From positions 58,404,001-58,468,000 of the forward strand of contig NC_043001.1 in NCBI RefSeq assembly GCF_006345805.1: a DNA stretch of 64,000 nt, given 5' to 3'. This document shows, piece after piece, positions 1-12,890 of this stretch. The position numbers and the translations under genes were made by a program. Every line of letters begins with the position of its first letter. The first letter of the stretch is position 1. The stretch is from Octopus sinensis (taxonomy: Eukaryota). The notes under the pieces are model-generated. The model did no database searches, was not told where the DNA came from, and worked only from the letters and a program-made list of their open reading frames with translations.

Positions 1-1997
1 ATCCATGGATCTTGAGATCGCTGGACATCTTCAAAATTTCCCCTGTGATTTCAAACTTCCTGAAGCACAATATGTCGTTGTGGAATACGAATCTCCAATT
101 ATACCACTCTAATGGAGTACTTGCCTCAGAAAATATAAACATCAACTGCGGAATTTTTCGAGGTGACTCACTTTCACCTCTAATATTCTGCATAGCCCTA
201 ATACCCCTTACAAGTGAATTAAACAGAACAGGGTATGGGTATAAAATTGCCAATAAAAAAATAAGCCATCTATTTTATATGGATGACTTAAAACTTTATG
301 GTAAAGACAATAATGAACTTGAAGGCCTATTACGCACTGTGAAAGCATTCAGCGATGACATCGGGATGGAGTTTGGACTTGAGAAGTGTGCCAAGGCCAC
401 TTTCCAGAAAAGGAAAGCGAAGACCACAAATTCAGTCGTGTTAGATGTTGACACAGTCATAAGAGTGCTTGAGCAAGAACAAACATACAAATATTTAGGG
501 ATAAATGAAGGCTCTGGTATTCAGCATGCAAGCATTAAAGAGGAGATCAGGAAGGAACGTTATAGGAGAGTTCGTGCAGTCCTGAAATCTGAACTAAATG
601 CACGTAACAAGGTGTTAGCTATAAATTCCTTAGCAGTTCCAGTTGTTACATATAGCTACAATGTGTTGAACTGGAATATGAGTGAAGTAAAGAATATAGA
701 TAGGAAAATACGCAAGCTGCTGAGTTGTAATAGGATGCACCACCTAAAGGCAGACGTAGATCGCCTTTACCTTCCCAGAGCTCAAGGAGGTCGAGGCCTG
801 ATCCAATTTGAACTAGCTTACAAAACAACCACAATTGGACTGGCCAAATATCTCGAAATATCGAATGACTGGATGCTAAAGCTCGTGGAAAATCACGAGA
901 GACGAAAGAAGGTTCATTCTATCATAAAGGAAAGCAAAAAATTTGCTTTTGATCTCGTGCAGGATACCCAAACTGAACAACCCGATGGAAGTACGGCAAC
1001 TATTGTTGCAAAGAAGGTGAAAATAATGGCAACGAAAAAAGCGCACGAGCAATTGGCTGATAGGTGGGAGGAGAAACCTCTGCACGGCAAATATGTGACC
1101 CGCAGCAAACAAGCTGATGTTGAACAGAAGCAAACCCATCAGTGGCTACGGAGCTCAGAGCTAAAAGTAGAGAGCGAAGGTTTCATCCTGGCTGCTCAAG
1201 ATCAAAGCCTATTAACCCGGAACTACCAGGCAAATGTGATGAAAAATGGAGCAGACCCAAAATGCCGATTCTGCAACGACATGATTGAAACAGTGGACCA
1301 CCTAATCTCTGGATGTAAAGTCTAGCACCAGTGGAGTATAAATTAAGACATGACAGAGTTTGTTAATATCTACACTGGCTAATAAGTCGGCATTACGATA
1401 TCAAAACTGCCGACAAGTGGTATAATCACCACCCTGAGGCTGTAACTGAAGGAGAAAATGTAACCATTCTGTGGGACTTTCCAGTACATACAGACCGAAC
1501 CATCAAGGCCAATAAACCAGATATTGTTGTGAAAGACCAAAACAATAAAGTTTGCTTATTGATCGACATGAGCATCCCCTGTGATCATAATATCTCAGCG
1601 AAAGAGTTTGACAAGTTCAGAAAATATAAAGACCTACTCATTGAAATTGAGAAAATGTGGCATCTCAAGGCGGTTACAATACCAGTGATCCTAGGAGCAC
1701 TAGGAATGAACAAGAAGGGAACCGAAAATTATATGAGAATGATTCCTGGCTTACCATCCCTGGAAGAAGTGCAAAAGATAGTCTTAACTGGTACATCACA
1801 CGTATTGAGAAGAGCATTGTCGATGTGAGAACTGTTGCTGCTCATGTATTTTAATTTAACTTTAAATTTTTTTTTTTTTTAATTTAAAAAAAAATGAACG
1901 AACTATTGAGTTTGGTTTAATGGCCTACCAATATATACTAGGAGTCGGGAAGACACTCGGCAAGAAATGGAAGCAAATTTGAAAGAAGAAAAAAAAA

Positions 1998-1998
<1 letters not shown>
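1..1998 (+). mobile_element. R4/Dong-type RLE non-LTR retrotransposon, family A copy 1 (runs off the window start, one frameshift)
   Basis: ORF 12-1325 has RT motifs CGIFRGDSLSP, YMDDLKLY and GGRGL, plus a CCHC knuckle CRFC-x7-H-x4-C. After a frameshift near 1320 come RHD, KPDIVV, LIDMSIP and KYKDL (RLE motifs), stop at 1828. The 3' UTR abuts (TAA)n at 1999. Confidence 0.9.
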
Positions 1999-2045
<47 letters not shown>

Positions 2046-2061
2046 TAATAATAATAATAAT
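1999..2061 (+). repeat. (TAA)n microsatellite
   Basis: Direct reading; lies between the family A LINE 3' end and the 550-bp element fragment. Confidence 0.95.
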
Positions 2062-2396
2062 CATGGGGGAGCTGCAAAGCCATGTGTTGAAAAGAATTCT
2101 TAGAGTTTTGAATAATTCACCTTTGGAAACATGGGTGTTTCGTTCAGTATCTTTATACAATCCTTATTCAGGGACATTTTGAGCGGGATGGGCTACTCAA
2201 CCAGAAGAAAATCCTAACTGGGCCCCACCTGCAAGGTCATGTGCTGTTTATCTTGATATGAGATCACCATATCGAGTACATATGGTTGTGATGCATGTAC
2301 CTAGTATACCCTTATCATACCGGTAGTCATGATGGGTATACTGGGCTTCGTATATTTTACCCCATTGTCACTTTGATAGTATGCACTGCTCTCTCA
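2062..2396. mobile_element. Partial copy (~335 bp, right-hand part) of the TAA-flanked ~550-bp non-coding repeat
   Basis: Aligns by eye to the right-hand part of 52631-53180 (gggccccacctgcaaggtcat...ctgctctctca); TAA on both sides. Confidence 0.85.
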
Positions 2397-2415
2397 ATAA
2401 TAATAATAATAATAA

Positions 2416-4585
2416 AAATATTCCCTAATGAACAGAAAGGATGTAAACGTGGATCCTACGGTTGTAAAGATCAACTACTCATCAATAAGATGATCTTAGA
2501 AGATTGTCACAAACGACACAAAATCTTATCAATAGCCTGGATAGACTATAAAAAGGCTTTTGATAGCCTACCACATAGCTGGATTAATAAATGCCTAGAA
2601 ATGTATAAGATAGCACCTGCTCTGCGAAACTTTTTGTCAGTAAGTATGAGATCATGGAGAACCACACTAACTTTGAACAGTGACAATGAATCTCTAAATG
2701 CTGGTGATGTAAAAATTTCATGTGGCATTTTCCAGGGTGACACACTATCACCGCAGCCTTAATACCTCTCTCAAAACTGCTCAATGACGCGCAGTACGGA
2801 TATAAAATGTTTGATAAAAATATAAATCATCTCATTTACATGGATGATTTAAAGCTCTTTGCAAAAAATGACCAACAACTCAAGGGCTTACTAGCGATTG
2901 TCAAACAATTCAGTGATGACATCAGAATGCAATTTGGCCTCGATAAGTGCGCAAAAGCTACCTTTATCAAAGGAAAAATGACAGAAACATCTAACGTTAA
3001 CCTTGACCAGCAGAATGTCATAAAAGAATTAGACCCAGCAGAGAACTACAAGTATCTAGGGGTAATTGAAGAAGGAATAAGGCATTCGGAGATGAAGGAA
3101 ATGTCAGGAGAGAATGTTATCGCAGAGTAAGAGCAATACTCAAGACAGAGCTGAATGCGAGAAACAGGATCGAAGCGATCAATGCATTAGCCATACCATC
3201 GTGACTTACAGTTTCAATATCGTTAACTGGTCAATTACTGAAATATGTAATCTTGACAGAAAAATACGAAAACTGTTGACAATGCATAGAATGCACCACC
3301 CTAAGGCAGATACAGAACGACTTTATCTGCCAAGAAAAGAGGGAGGCCGTGGACTTTTACAACTGGCAATAACAATGAAGATTGCTACAATTGGCCTAGA
3401 CACCTAGCTGAAAACCTCTGAGGACTGGATGTTAAAACTTGTCTCAAAACATGAAAACAAGAAAGCATCGTACTCAATAACAAAACAGGCAAAGGAATAT
3501 CTAAGTGAATTCCGAATACAACAAATTTCAGAATTAGAGATAGACATACAAGACACAGGCACAGAAAAAGCTAAGCGCATGAAAACCCGTGCTAAACCTG
3601 CGGCCTTATATATTCTGAATGATAAATGGCAAGAAAAACCTCTCTATGGCAAATACCCAATGAGAGCGAATAATACAAAGCCCTGACCCATCAATGGCTA
3701 ATGGCCTCTGGCTTAAAATCTGAAACAGAGGGGTTTATCATAGCAGCTCAAGATCAATGCCTACCAACAAGAAACTACCAGGCCAACATATTAAAGATCA
3801 TAAGCAGTCCAACGTGTCGTATATGCAAGCAACAAAAGGAAACCAATGACCATGTGGTCTCCAAGTGCAGTCTTCTAGCGCCTACAGAGTATCTCAACAG
3901 GCACGATAGAGCTGCACAATATATTCACTGGGAAATCTGCAAAAACCTGGATTTGCCCCATGAAAAAAACTGGTGGGAACACAAACCACCCCCAGTGCTT
4001 GAAAATGACCACATCTCACTCCTCTGGAACTTCACCATTCAAACTGACAGAAAGATAGATACAAATAGGCCAGACATCATATTGAAAGACTTAAAACAAA
4101 GAACATGCCTCCTCATTGATATGACTGTCCCAATCGATATAAACGTGTCTGTCAAGACCTACCAAAAACTGAGCAAATATAAAGATCTTGAAATAGAAAT
4201 CAGCAAAATGTGGAAGCTGAAGACTAAAACAATACCTGTTGTCATAGGTGCCCTGGGAATGATAGCAAAAGGGGCTGATAGCTACCTAACTCAGATACCA
4301 GGAAACCCAAAAATGGCAGATATTCAAAAGATAGTGCTCATGGGAACTGCTCATATCCTACGCAAAATACTTTCTATGTAATCTCAAGGTTTAAAACAAA
4401 CATAATTTTCGGTTTAAAAAAACAAAAGAAACAAACTTTTTTTAAACATTCATTAGTACACCCCCTCCCCCAAATATACGGCACACTAGGCATAACAACA
4501 TGAACTTCCAACTCTGTTGTCTCTTGAGGTCTCTGGGCGAGACTTGGAGCCAACTTGTACAAATATAAAGCAAAAGTCAAACATA

Positions 4586-4587
<2 letters not shown>
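2416..4587 (+). mobile_element. R4/Dong-type RLE non-LTR retrotransposon, family B copy 1 (5'-truncated, several frameshifts/stops)
   Basis: ORF pieces 2295-2762 ([30 protein letters not shown]), 2807-3130 (YMDDLKLF), 3114-3407 (GGRGL) and 3701-4381 (CRIC-x7-H-x4-C, RHD, RPDI, LIDMTVP, KYKDL). The 3' UTR ends at (TAA)n 4588-4652. Confidence 0.9.

Positions 4588-4652
<65 letters not shown>
4588..4652 (+). repeat. (TAA)n microsatellite
   Basis: Direct reading. Confidence 0.95.
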
Positions 4653-4653
<1 letters not shown>

Positions 4654-4800
4654 GACAATACGAAGAGTGATGCGATTGCAATAGATATTTTATTGGTTTG
4701 CACTATATGTTGAGATCTTGCCTGTCTTTGTCCAGTTCAAATTCAAATGATACATACAAGTATAAAATAATTGAAATTCAATTTGAAATGTTTTAACGCG

Positions 4801-5205
4801 ATGATCTTGCGTCCCCACTTTGATGGAATGACATCATCAGTCTTCAATTTTCAAATTTACTACAAGAAAAAGAAAGAAAAAAGACAAAATAGAAAAGAAA
4901 AAGGAAATAATAAGAAAAGGAAGAATATTTAATTAAACGGTAAATATAAACAAATTTCCCTATCAGTTTGTTCATAACTTCAGGGCGTGATGTTAATATC
5001 TCTCAAATATTTGTCCCAATGCATTAAGATGTAATTGTTTCAGGATATCTTCTGAGAATATGCACTTTCAAGTCTTTTTCTAAATGTCCACCAAGTTCTG
5101 TCTAACTATTGCTGTTGAGCCTGACTGTATACTTGTGTCTATTGAATATTTTGCTTGATTGTTCTGTTGTACAACCAATATAAATCAATTCATGTTGTTT
5201 CAGCG
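4801..5205 (-). mobile_element. Decayed Penelope-like element 3' part: GIY-YIG endonuclease fragment and decayed hammerhead-like motif
   Basis: Minus strand ~5200-5020 reads LIYIGCTTEQSSKIFNRHKYTV...TELGGHL (YIG motif, with stops). Downstream, 4845-4801 reads CTGATGA-TGTC...GAC-GCAA (core present; GCAA instead of GAAA). Confidence 0.5.
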
Positions 5206-5206
5206 T

Positions 5207-5785
5207 AAGATCAGAGCCTACTTACCAGAAACTACCATGCAAACGTCTGTAATGATGTGTCTGACCCTTCGTGCAGAATTTGCAGTGAATTTTCAGAAGT
5301 AATTCATCATGGTTTGTCTGGCTGCTCAGTGCTTGCTGAAAAGAAATACTTCTAAGACATGACCGACTAGGGCAGTACATCAAAACAAATTCAGAGGATG
5401 TAGTAAATAGCGAGGGCGTCAACATCCTTTCAAACTTAGCTAAACAAACAGACAGATTCCAATCGACCAGGCATTGTGATCAAGGACTACAACAGAGGAA
5501 CTTGTCTGGTAATAGATATGTCTGCCCCACAAAATCAGAATGCATCAAGAAAGGAATACATAAAGCTTTTTCACTATTAAGATCTGCAAATTGAAATCAT
5601 AAAAATATGTGGAAGCTTAGTAATACGATAAAAAAATACCAGCAGTGATTGTTGCGTTGGGAATGATAAAGAACGTAGCTGAGATGTATATTAAGCAACT
5701 CCCTGGTAACGTCAGTCTCTGTGAAGTACGAAAGATAACCTTAATAGGTACAACCCATATATTACGGAAAGCACTCGCCATTTAA
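5207..5785 (+). mobile_element. Old, internally deleted R4/Dong-type LINE fragment
   Basis: DQSLLTRNYHANV...DPSCRIC at 5207-5300. From ~5450, RP(G)IVIKD...CLVIDMS...KDLQIEI...LGMIK...ILRKALAI* matches the family A/B C-termini. Confidence 0.7.
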
Positions 5786-5794
5786 AGTGGAGTA

Positions 5795-7521
5795 AATGTA
5801 ACACATCGTTAGCGAATACTTGAAATTGACACAACTCGAATACAAAAGATGCCATGGCAATGTGGTAAGAATGATCCTTTGGGATCCCTGTGGAAATCAC
5901 AGCCAACAAGAAGCAAAAATGTGATATTATCAAATTCCAGAAGGATTCACCAAAAATGAGAATTGCAAAATCCTATGGGATGCAATGATTCACTGCGATC
6001 ATCCGACCAGGCATCGGAAACCAGACATTGGTGTGGGGAATAAAAAAGAGAAAAAAACGTCTTGATACTCGACATAGCATGCCCCGGTGACAACAGAATC
6101 AATGTGAAAGAAGAACAACAAATAATTATCTATGATGATTTGAAGGGGAACGTTCGAAGATTGTGGTCAATGAAGAGAGAAGACGTAATACCAATAGTAA
6201 TTCGTGCACTTGGAAGTATCGGTTCTCAATTACCAACATTGCTGAAAAAGATTGGTGCAAGTGTGAGGGTATTAGGTTGTTACGAAAATAATGGCCGATT
6301 TAAGAAACATTAACAGAAGGATTGTTTTGATTAATCAAAGTATGAACCGCGAACAGCTATGCATTTTTGCCGACGTATTATGCATCGTTGATAAAAACTT
6401 ATTGGCTTTGATGCTAAGAAACATTTGAAAGCTTGTTCTCCCTCTGCTTTGGACCTGAAAGTTTTATCACTTAATGTGTTTAAATGCTTAAAAAATGGTT
6501 TTCATTTGCTGAAATATCAGGAGAATATGAAGGATGTGGTAAAGCCTCGTACTCCACGTCTGTGAGTTTCTTCAGCATCATTCTTGCAACAGGTGGCTTT
6601 GCATTATCGTGAAGCAGAATTGGGCCACGCCGATTCACAAACTAATCTCATTTTTTGCAAGTGGGCATGACTTCCACCGAGTTGATTGCAGTAAACATTT
6701 GGTGTAATGCTCTGATTGGTTTCCAGCAAACTGTAATGGACAACACAGATTACAGACAGCCAGATAGTAACCATAATCCTTTGCTGATGCAAGTTTGGCT
6801 TTAGGAAATGTTCGGGGGACTCATCACGATCAAGCCATGGACCTGATCGTTTACGGTTATCATAAAGGATCCACTTTTCGTCACAAGTGACTATTCGGTG
6901 AATTAAAGGATCATTAGTATTTCGCATCAAGCACAATTCAAAACACCGAAATATTTGATTCTCATTCAGCTCATGCTGTACCCACTTATCGAGATTTTTC
7001 ACCATGCGAGTCTCCTGCAGATTGTGTGTGACCGTTGCAATATGGAATTTCTGAAACCATCTTCGTATTGTGCGATCACTTGTGGACCCTTCTCCCCATG
7101 CTCTGTTGATATTAGAAGCAGTCTGGAAAGCATTGTTCTCAAACTTGAACTCATGCAAGAAAAGTAAGTGGAGGTCCGATTTTGTCACGTTAAAAATTAA
7201 GGGTTCCTATTCTTCAAGAATGTTTTCTGTCTGAAATAAGTAGAAATTTATTAACGTCTATTAATAAGCATGTCGAAATTCACCTAAAATATACTTAAAA
7301 TACTATGATTAAGATGCATTTCAAAACACAACACTTGGAACGGCCAGTATTTTCTGAACAATATGATAGAACACCTACAAAAATCAACATTGCTTGGAAC
7401 TGCAAGAATTATTCGCAGGTTTCTTAAAGCATGACCTATCAACAAGAGTCACCTTAGTCTGCTGGCTGCGGACAGCTGAACCTTTCCATCATACCCAGCA
7501 AAATAAGCTGTGAGTTTTCAT
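5795..7521 (+). mobile_element. RLE LINE family C 3' fragment, split by a mariner insertion (5795-6271 and 7369-7521)
   Basis: EYKRCHGNV, KILWD, RKPDI, ILDIACP. The frame KIGASVRV stops at 6271 and resumes in frame at 7369 as EHLQKSTLLGTARIIRRFLKA*. The 3' end abuts a (TGA)n tract. Confidence 0.8.
6272..7366 (-). mobile_element. Mariner (Tc1/mariner, DD34D type) element with TIRs and TA TSD; internally deleted, inactive transposase
   Basis: ORF 6604-7188 has WVQHEL (WVPHEL) and VTCDEKW; the continuation reads LHDNAKP, HPSYSPDIS and GSYFD*. Degenerate ~30-bp TIRs at 6272-6301 and 7338-7366; TA at 6270-71 and 7367-68. Confidence 0.85.
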
Positions 7522-7578
7522 ATGATGATGATGATGATGATGATAATGATGGTGGTGGTGGTGGTGATGGTGATGATA

Positions 7579-7630
<52 letters not shown>
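7522..7630 (+). repeat. (TGA)n/(TGG)n compound microsatellite
   Basis: Direct reading. Confidence 0.95.
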
Positions 7631-7633
<3 letters not shown>

Positions 7634-10600
7634 AAAGTGAATATATAAGTTCTTTCCAGCAATACAAAGAATGTCTGATGAGTTCCATTTACATAAGACA
7701 TGATATCTGAAAATATCTATTTAACAGGGTCTAATTTCATATTTAACTTCCATTACGTAAAATTAAATTAGGTGATGTAAAGTTGTCTGACCAACAGGCA
7801 GATTTCAACATCAACGTTCTCCTTGACAAGTATATTCATTAATTCAATGCTTACTTTTTAAATATTCTTCCGCACAAATAAATATATTTTTTACCTTTAA
7901 TATCACATAATTTCCTATGTTATACCCTTGCTTTACCAAATGTTTGGAGCTAACAACGTTTGTTAACAATCTAGCTGACAATTTTGATATGTGTCTTATC
8001 ATCATTGATAAGAAATTACCTAAATTCTATTTGTGATATAATTATTTAGGAGAATTTTCAGCTATGTAACAAATATATAAACTAAACAATAATATAAATT
8101 TTGCTTGATAATCAATGTGTGGAAGCTTATTCTAGCTGGTAATGTTAAACAATAGATACAAATGTATGTCCCAAAATGATACACTCACAGACACACAGGC
8201 GCGGTCAAGATCAGAGACAGACACCCGTATGCACACAGAACCAGACAAACAAAGGTAATTAACAACTAGAGTCACAACCAAAATAGATCACTATTATATT
8301 CTATTTTTTCTCCGTGTCTATAGATGACACATACAAAAATCATATAGCGTGATTCATCCATACATTCACACATATAAGTGTGTGAGTGTTTGTGTGTTTG
8401 TATGCGTGCGTGTGATACCTGCATGTATGTAAGCCACTTTTGGTAATGAGTATTATAAATGGTTCCCTGTGGTTGACGACACTGTATTGTACCATATAGT
8501 GTACGTTAGTAATCAAAAGATCCAAGTACTATACGTTAGGGTTCGTACGCACAAAGTATATCCCTACTGAACGATAATATGCGTCAATCCTTACCAAGCA
8601 GGCACAGAGTACGAGTTCGTTCGTCCCAATATATATATATATAGACAACGGAAGTTACTGTTATCTGACCATACCTTCCTAATGAACACACAACGCACTC
8701 TTTAGTCATGTGATCCGAAAGATACCGGCCAGGAAAGTACAGTCGAGGTTAACTTGGTTAGAAAGGCGTTTAATAATGAGTCTACTCGACTTGCGCCTGA
8801 CTTGGAAACTAAACAACAATATTCGTTTATCAGTTTAAATATATCCCATTTCATGTTCAACCCTCTATTCTTTGGCACCAGGATGCACACTCTCTGTTGA
8901 AAGAAAGGTCCTTGATACAAGCGTCAGGTCGTATTAAACTCTTTTTTCCATTTCATATGAAGAAATAGCAGACTGTTTTCTATAAGTGCAGATTAAAAAG
9001 CGAAATAAAAACAATAATCTAAATACGAACTGACTATATATAGACAGACAGTAAACCTCTAGACACATTAATGTAAAGTGCGCAGTATTAATAAAATGTG
9101 CATGCAAATGTTCATGTTTGCTCTTATATGAACGCATAGATCACTAGAATATGGTGTGTATTTGGTTTCTTATAAAATAAAGCTTTATATATTGTACAAA
9201 ACACAATTGTTATTGAAATTAATACAAATATTTAGCTGAGAAATTGGTTTCTAGCAGTATTGTTATCAAATCAGTAACAATCAAAACGAAATATGTTTGT
9301 GTAATTAAATTTCTCGTGTAGTGGTTGCTCTCCAGCAGTAATTTTGCTTTGGTATTGTTGTTATTGGAACATGTTAAATTGTTTACAAATGAGAATTTTC
9401 AACCATTTTCAATATATTTTCATGTATGTCATGTTCTGTAACATAGCCAGTAGGGTAATGTGATCTTATTTAAGGTACCCAATAAATTGTGTCTTGTGAT
9501 CACTTTTCTAATATAGCCAGAGAGTTGTTGCTTGTAATACAAGATACTTATGTTCTGAGATGCTGCCAATACATTCTAAATAATATTTGACTTATTATTT
9601 CATCTACAATTAAATAAGTGCAATATATTCGGTGGCAAACGATATCATTTGATATGCTAGAAATACCAGCTAAACCTCTTTCAAATCCCACTGCATAGTA
9701 CAAGGGCGATATTCTGAACGCGTCTAGTTAGAAATAACAAAAAGGCAAGTATAATTACAAATTTATGGTACATGAATAAATGACTGAAGTATAGAATATC
9801 TTGACTAGGTATTGTAGCCTTGAGGCACGTCCAGGCGGTGGTTCATCCTCTTAGATGCTATGCATCTATTTACATTGGTGTAGCAGCTTTATAAGATGGG
9901 TTGGATGCATTTTCATGGTCATTAGAGTGCTTGTAAAAATGCTTTGTGGTATTTAGCTAGAACACACATTTTCGATTCGAATCTTACCGAGGACGTATTT
10001 GTTTTTGAGTGTTTTTAAGAAATCGTTTTAGAGTCAGTAATTAAATATCATTCGTATTACAGGGTGGATATAGTAGAGAGTAGGCTCATACATGTCTTCA
10101 GTGCATTTTGTCCCGTACGGTTATTTAATAGTAAAATGTTAACAAAAGATGTGAAGAGCATTAGAACATCAGATTCAAGAATTTTGACAACATAGATGCC
10201 TCTTGATATCGTGGCATGTCTGCCGAAAGGATAAATGCAATACACAGAACAATAACATAAGCAGGAGGACAAGTATTGGATGAGGTGGAATTTATTGAGT
10301 GTCTTCAGGCTGGTTGTCCAGCATGACCACACTGCCATTACAGTGTAGCGAGTCTGAAAAGATTGAAATCATTAAAAGAACACGTGTAACTCGGTGTTTA
10401 CACAAATCATATAAATTCTTCTGAAACTATTGTTTTTAGTCAGAGGAAAAGTCTGAAACAACAATAACAACCTCAATAGGTCAGGTTACAGAAGGGCGTG
10501 TTGACGTTAACTTTATTAGATTAATGCTAGTGGATTTGAAACTCTGGCCAAGGAGAAACTTTTGTGCAAAATATTTCTTGTCGTTTTGGAGGTTCATCAA

Positions 10601-11961
10601 AACAAGCTGAGAATATGAATTCCAAATGCTATTATGCTGTTATAGGTCTTAGCCAGCAGGTTAACCTGTTCAAGCAAGCTTACCAGCAAACCTCTTTTAT
10701 CCAGTCTAGCGTTCGTGACACTCACAAGACTTGATCATTCAGTCTAACTTATATTATTGTCTCTCTTGATCAACCTCTACAAGGATACTTCAATTCAACT
10801 TCAATTATTTCACCTATGTTGATCATATCGTTATGCTTTCCATCGTTCCGTCTAGCCTTAGTTATCTATCTTTGATCAACTTCTATAAACTTCAGCATCT
10901 TCTTTAGATTTATCATTCTGTCTACATTTGAACATTGATATTTTCGTCCAACATTTTTTCCTGTTGAGCTATTATAATTTTTTTTCACTTTTGATCATAC
11001 TGACAATTTCCGTGTGAACAGAATTACATTAAATAATGAAGTAAAAGGATACTTACGGTTAGAAAGAAACGTAAAAGAAAAATATCGTTCAGATAATGAA
11101 TCATTCTCTTCAATATGGAGGAAATTTAATTCATTGATTGGCTCATTACAAGAAGCATGTTATTAGTGATTTTATCATTTGGGCTTTAAAGCATCGCGTA
11201 TTACTTGGTCTCAAGTCATCAAGCGTGTCGAAAGAGTATGTGTATAACTATGGGCAAGAATGAATGAATCAAAAGAAAAATGAATACGATAAAATGCTAG
11301 TTTTGGACCTTCGACGTCATTCAGCAACGTAAAAATACCAACTACATTTCTCTGAAATCTCATGCACTATATATGGAAAATCAATATATTAGCGTATCTC
11401 TGTTGCACAGGCTCACGTTAATGTCTACACTCACTGAAAAATGTAGGGTTATTCATGACTAAAACAGCAAGGATTGCATGTTCTCCTCACCAGGGACGAA
11501 CGTGGCGTCGGATTTGAAATGCAAACGAATGCAACCACCAAGCGCTACTTAAGTGCAGCACTATGGTGACAAATATAAGTAGTTGTGAGATAAAACAAAT
11601 ATGAAATTCAGGCATAGATATGGTAGTTTTAATTTGTATTACAATCACACTTTTTATTTACCTGAGTCAGATAGGTCAAAGTCAATGACCTGTTTAATTT
11701 TTACTTTTTCTTCCTAGTGGTGGAGGAAGAAAAATTAGGGAAAAAACAACACACATTTCTACTTGATGCAGTAAGGAGCAGAACGCTTTGATATCAATCC
11801 ATCCTAAAATCTGAATATACATGTTCGGTATATTTGTTAGACAGCAAAATTCGTTAAACCAGACAAAGTGACAGGTTATTTTACATAAACATTCTATTCG
11901 TCATAGTTTTGCCATGCTTCCGTTTACCCGACTACAGACCGTTATCTATACTATAACACAT

Positions 11962-12195
11962 AAGGCGGTGAGCTGGCAGAAACGTTAGCACGCCGGGCGA
12001 AATGCGCAGCCGTATTTTGTCTGCCGTTAAGTTCTGGGTTCAAATTCCGCCGAGGTTGACTTTGCCTTTCATCCTTTCGGGGTCGATAAATTAAGTACCA
12101 GTCGCGCACTGGGGTCGATGTAATCTACTTAATACCGTTTGTCTGTCCTTGTTTGTCCCCTCTGTGTTTAGCCCCTTGTGGGTAGTAAAGAAATA
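11962..12195 (+). mobile_element. tRNA-derived SINE (family a), full length with perfect 15-bp TSD
   Basis: A-box-like tggcagaaacgttag and B-box GTTCAAATTCC. TSD tatactataacacat at 11947-11961 and 12196-12210. Homologous copies occur elsewhere in the window. Confidence 0.9.
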
Positions 12196-12859
12196 TATAC
12201 TATAACACATGTGCCTCCATCTATGTGGGTCTTTGTATGTGTGTATGATTCTGTTTCTCTGTGTGCGTGCATGCGTTTGTGCGTGTATGACTTTGTGTGT
12301 GTGTATGTTTGTGTGTTTGTGTGTTTCCCTGTCGTTATATCCACATCATCAATGCCACTTTCGTATAAATTGTCGGCTTTGATATAGCTGCCCTGTATTT
12401 CGACTGCTGTCATCAAAAGACACGATTAAACAGATTTCTGAATAAATAACATCGGGCTGTATTTGTAGTTTTAGATATTGTTAAAAATGTTACTTTAGAC
12501 ATTACATATTACACCGTATTGTCAGAATACAAAGATAATTTGAGCTAGAAATTCCACTTGCTGCAAGCTATGTTAAGTTTATCTATTCTACAGCACGCAA
12601 TGACCTGCTGGTAATATCAATATCTCAATTTTCTTAATGTATTGCTCTGGTCTTAGAAACGAAGAAACTGCACTATAGAATTTTCTTTCTAATTGATTTT
12701 CAATTAATATATGATTTTAGGGACAATTATTATGATTACAATACCGTTTTTATGACTGCCTACATCAAATTGAAACAACAGCGAAGAATGAATAAAATAG
12801 AATTTAGATGCAATTTACTTATGATTTTCTCCAATATTTCCTGTTAATGGGATTTTTTA

Positions 12860-12890
<31 letters not shown>

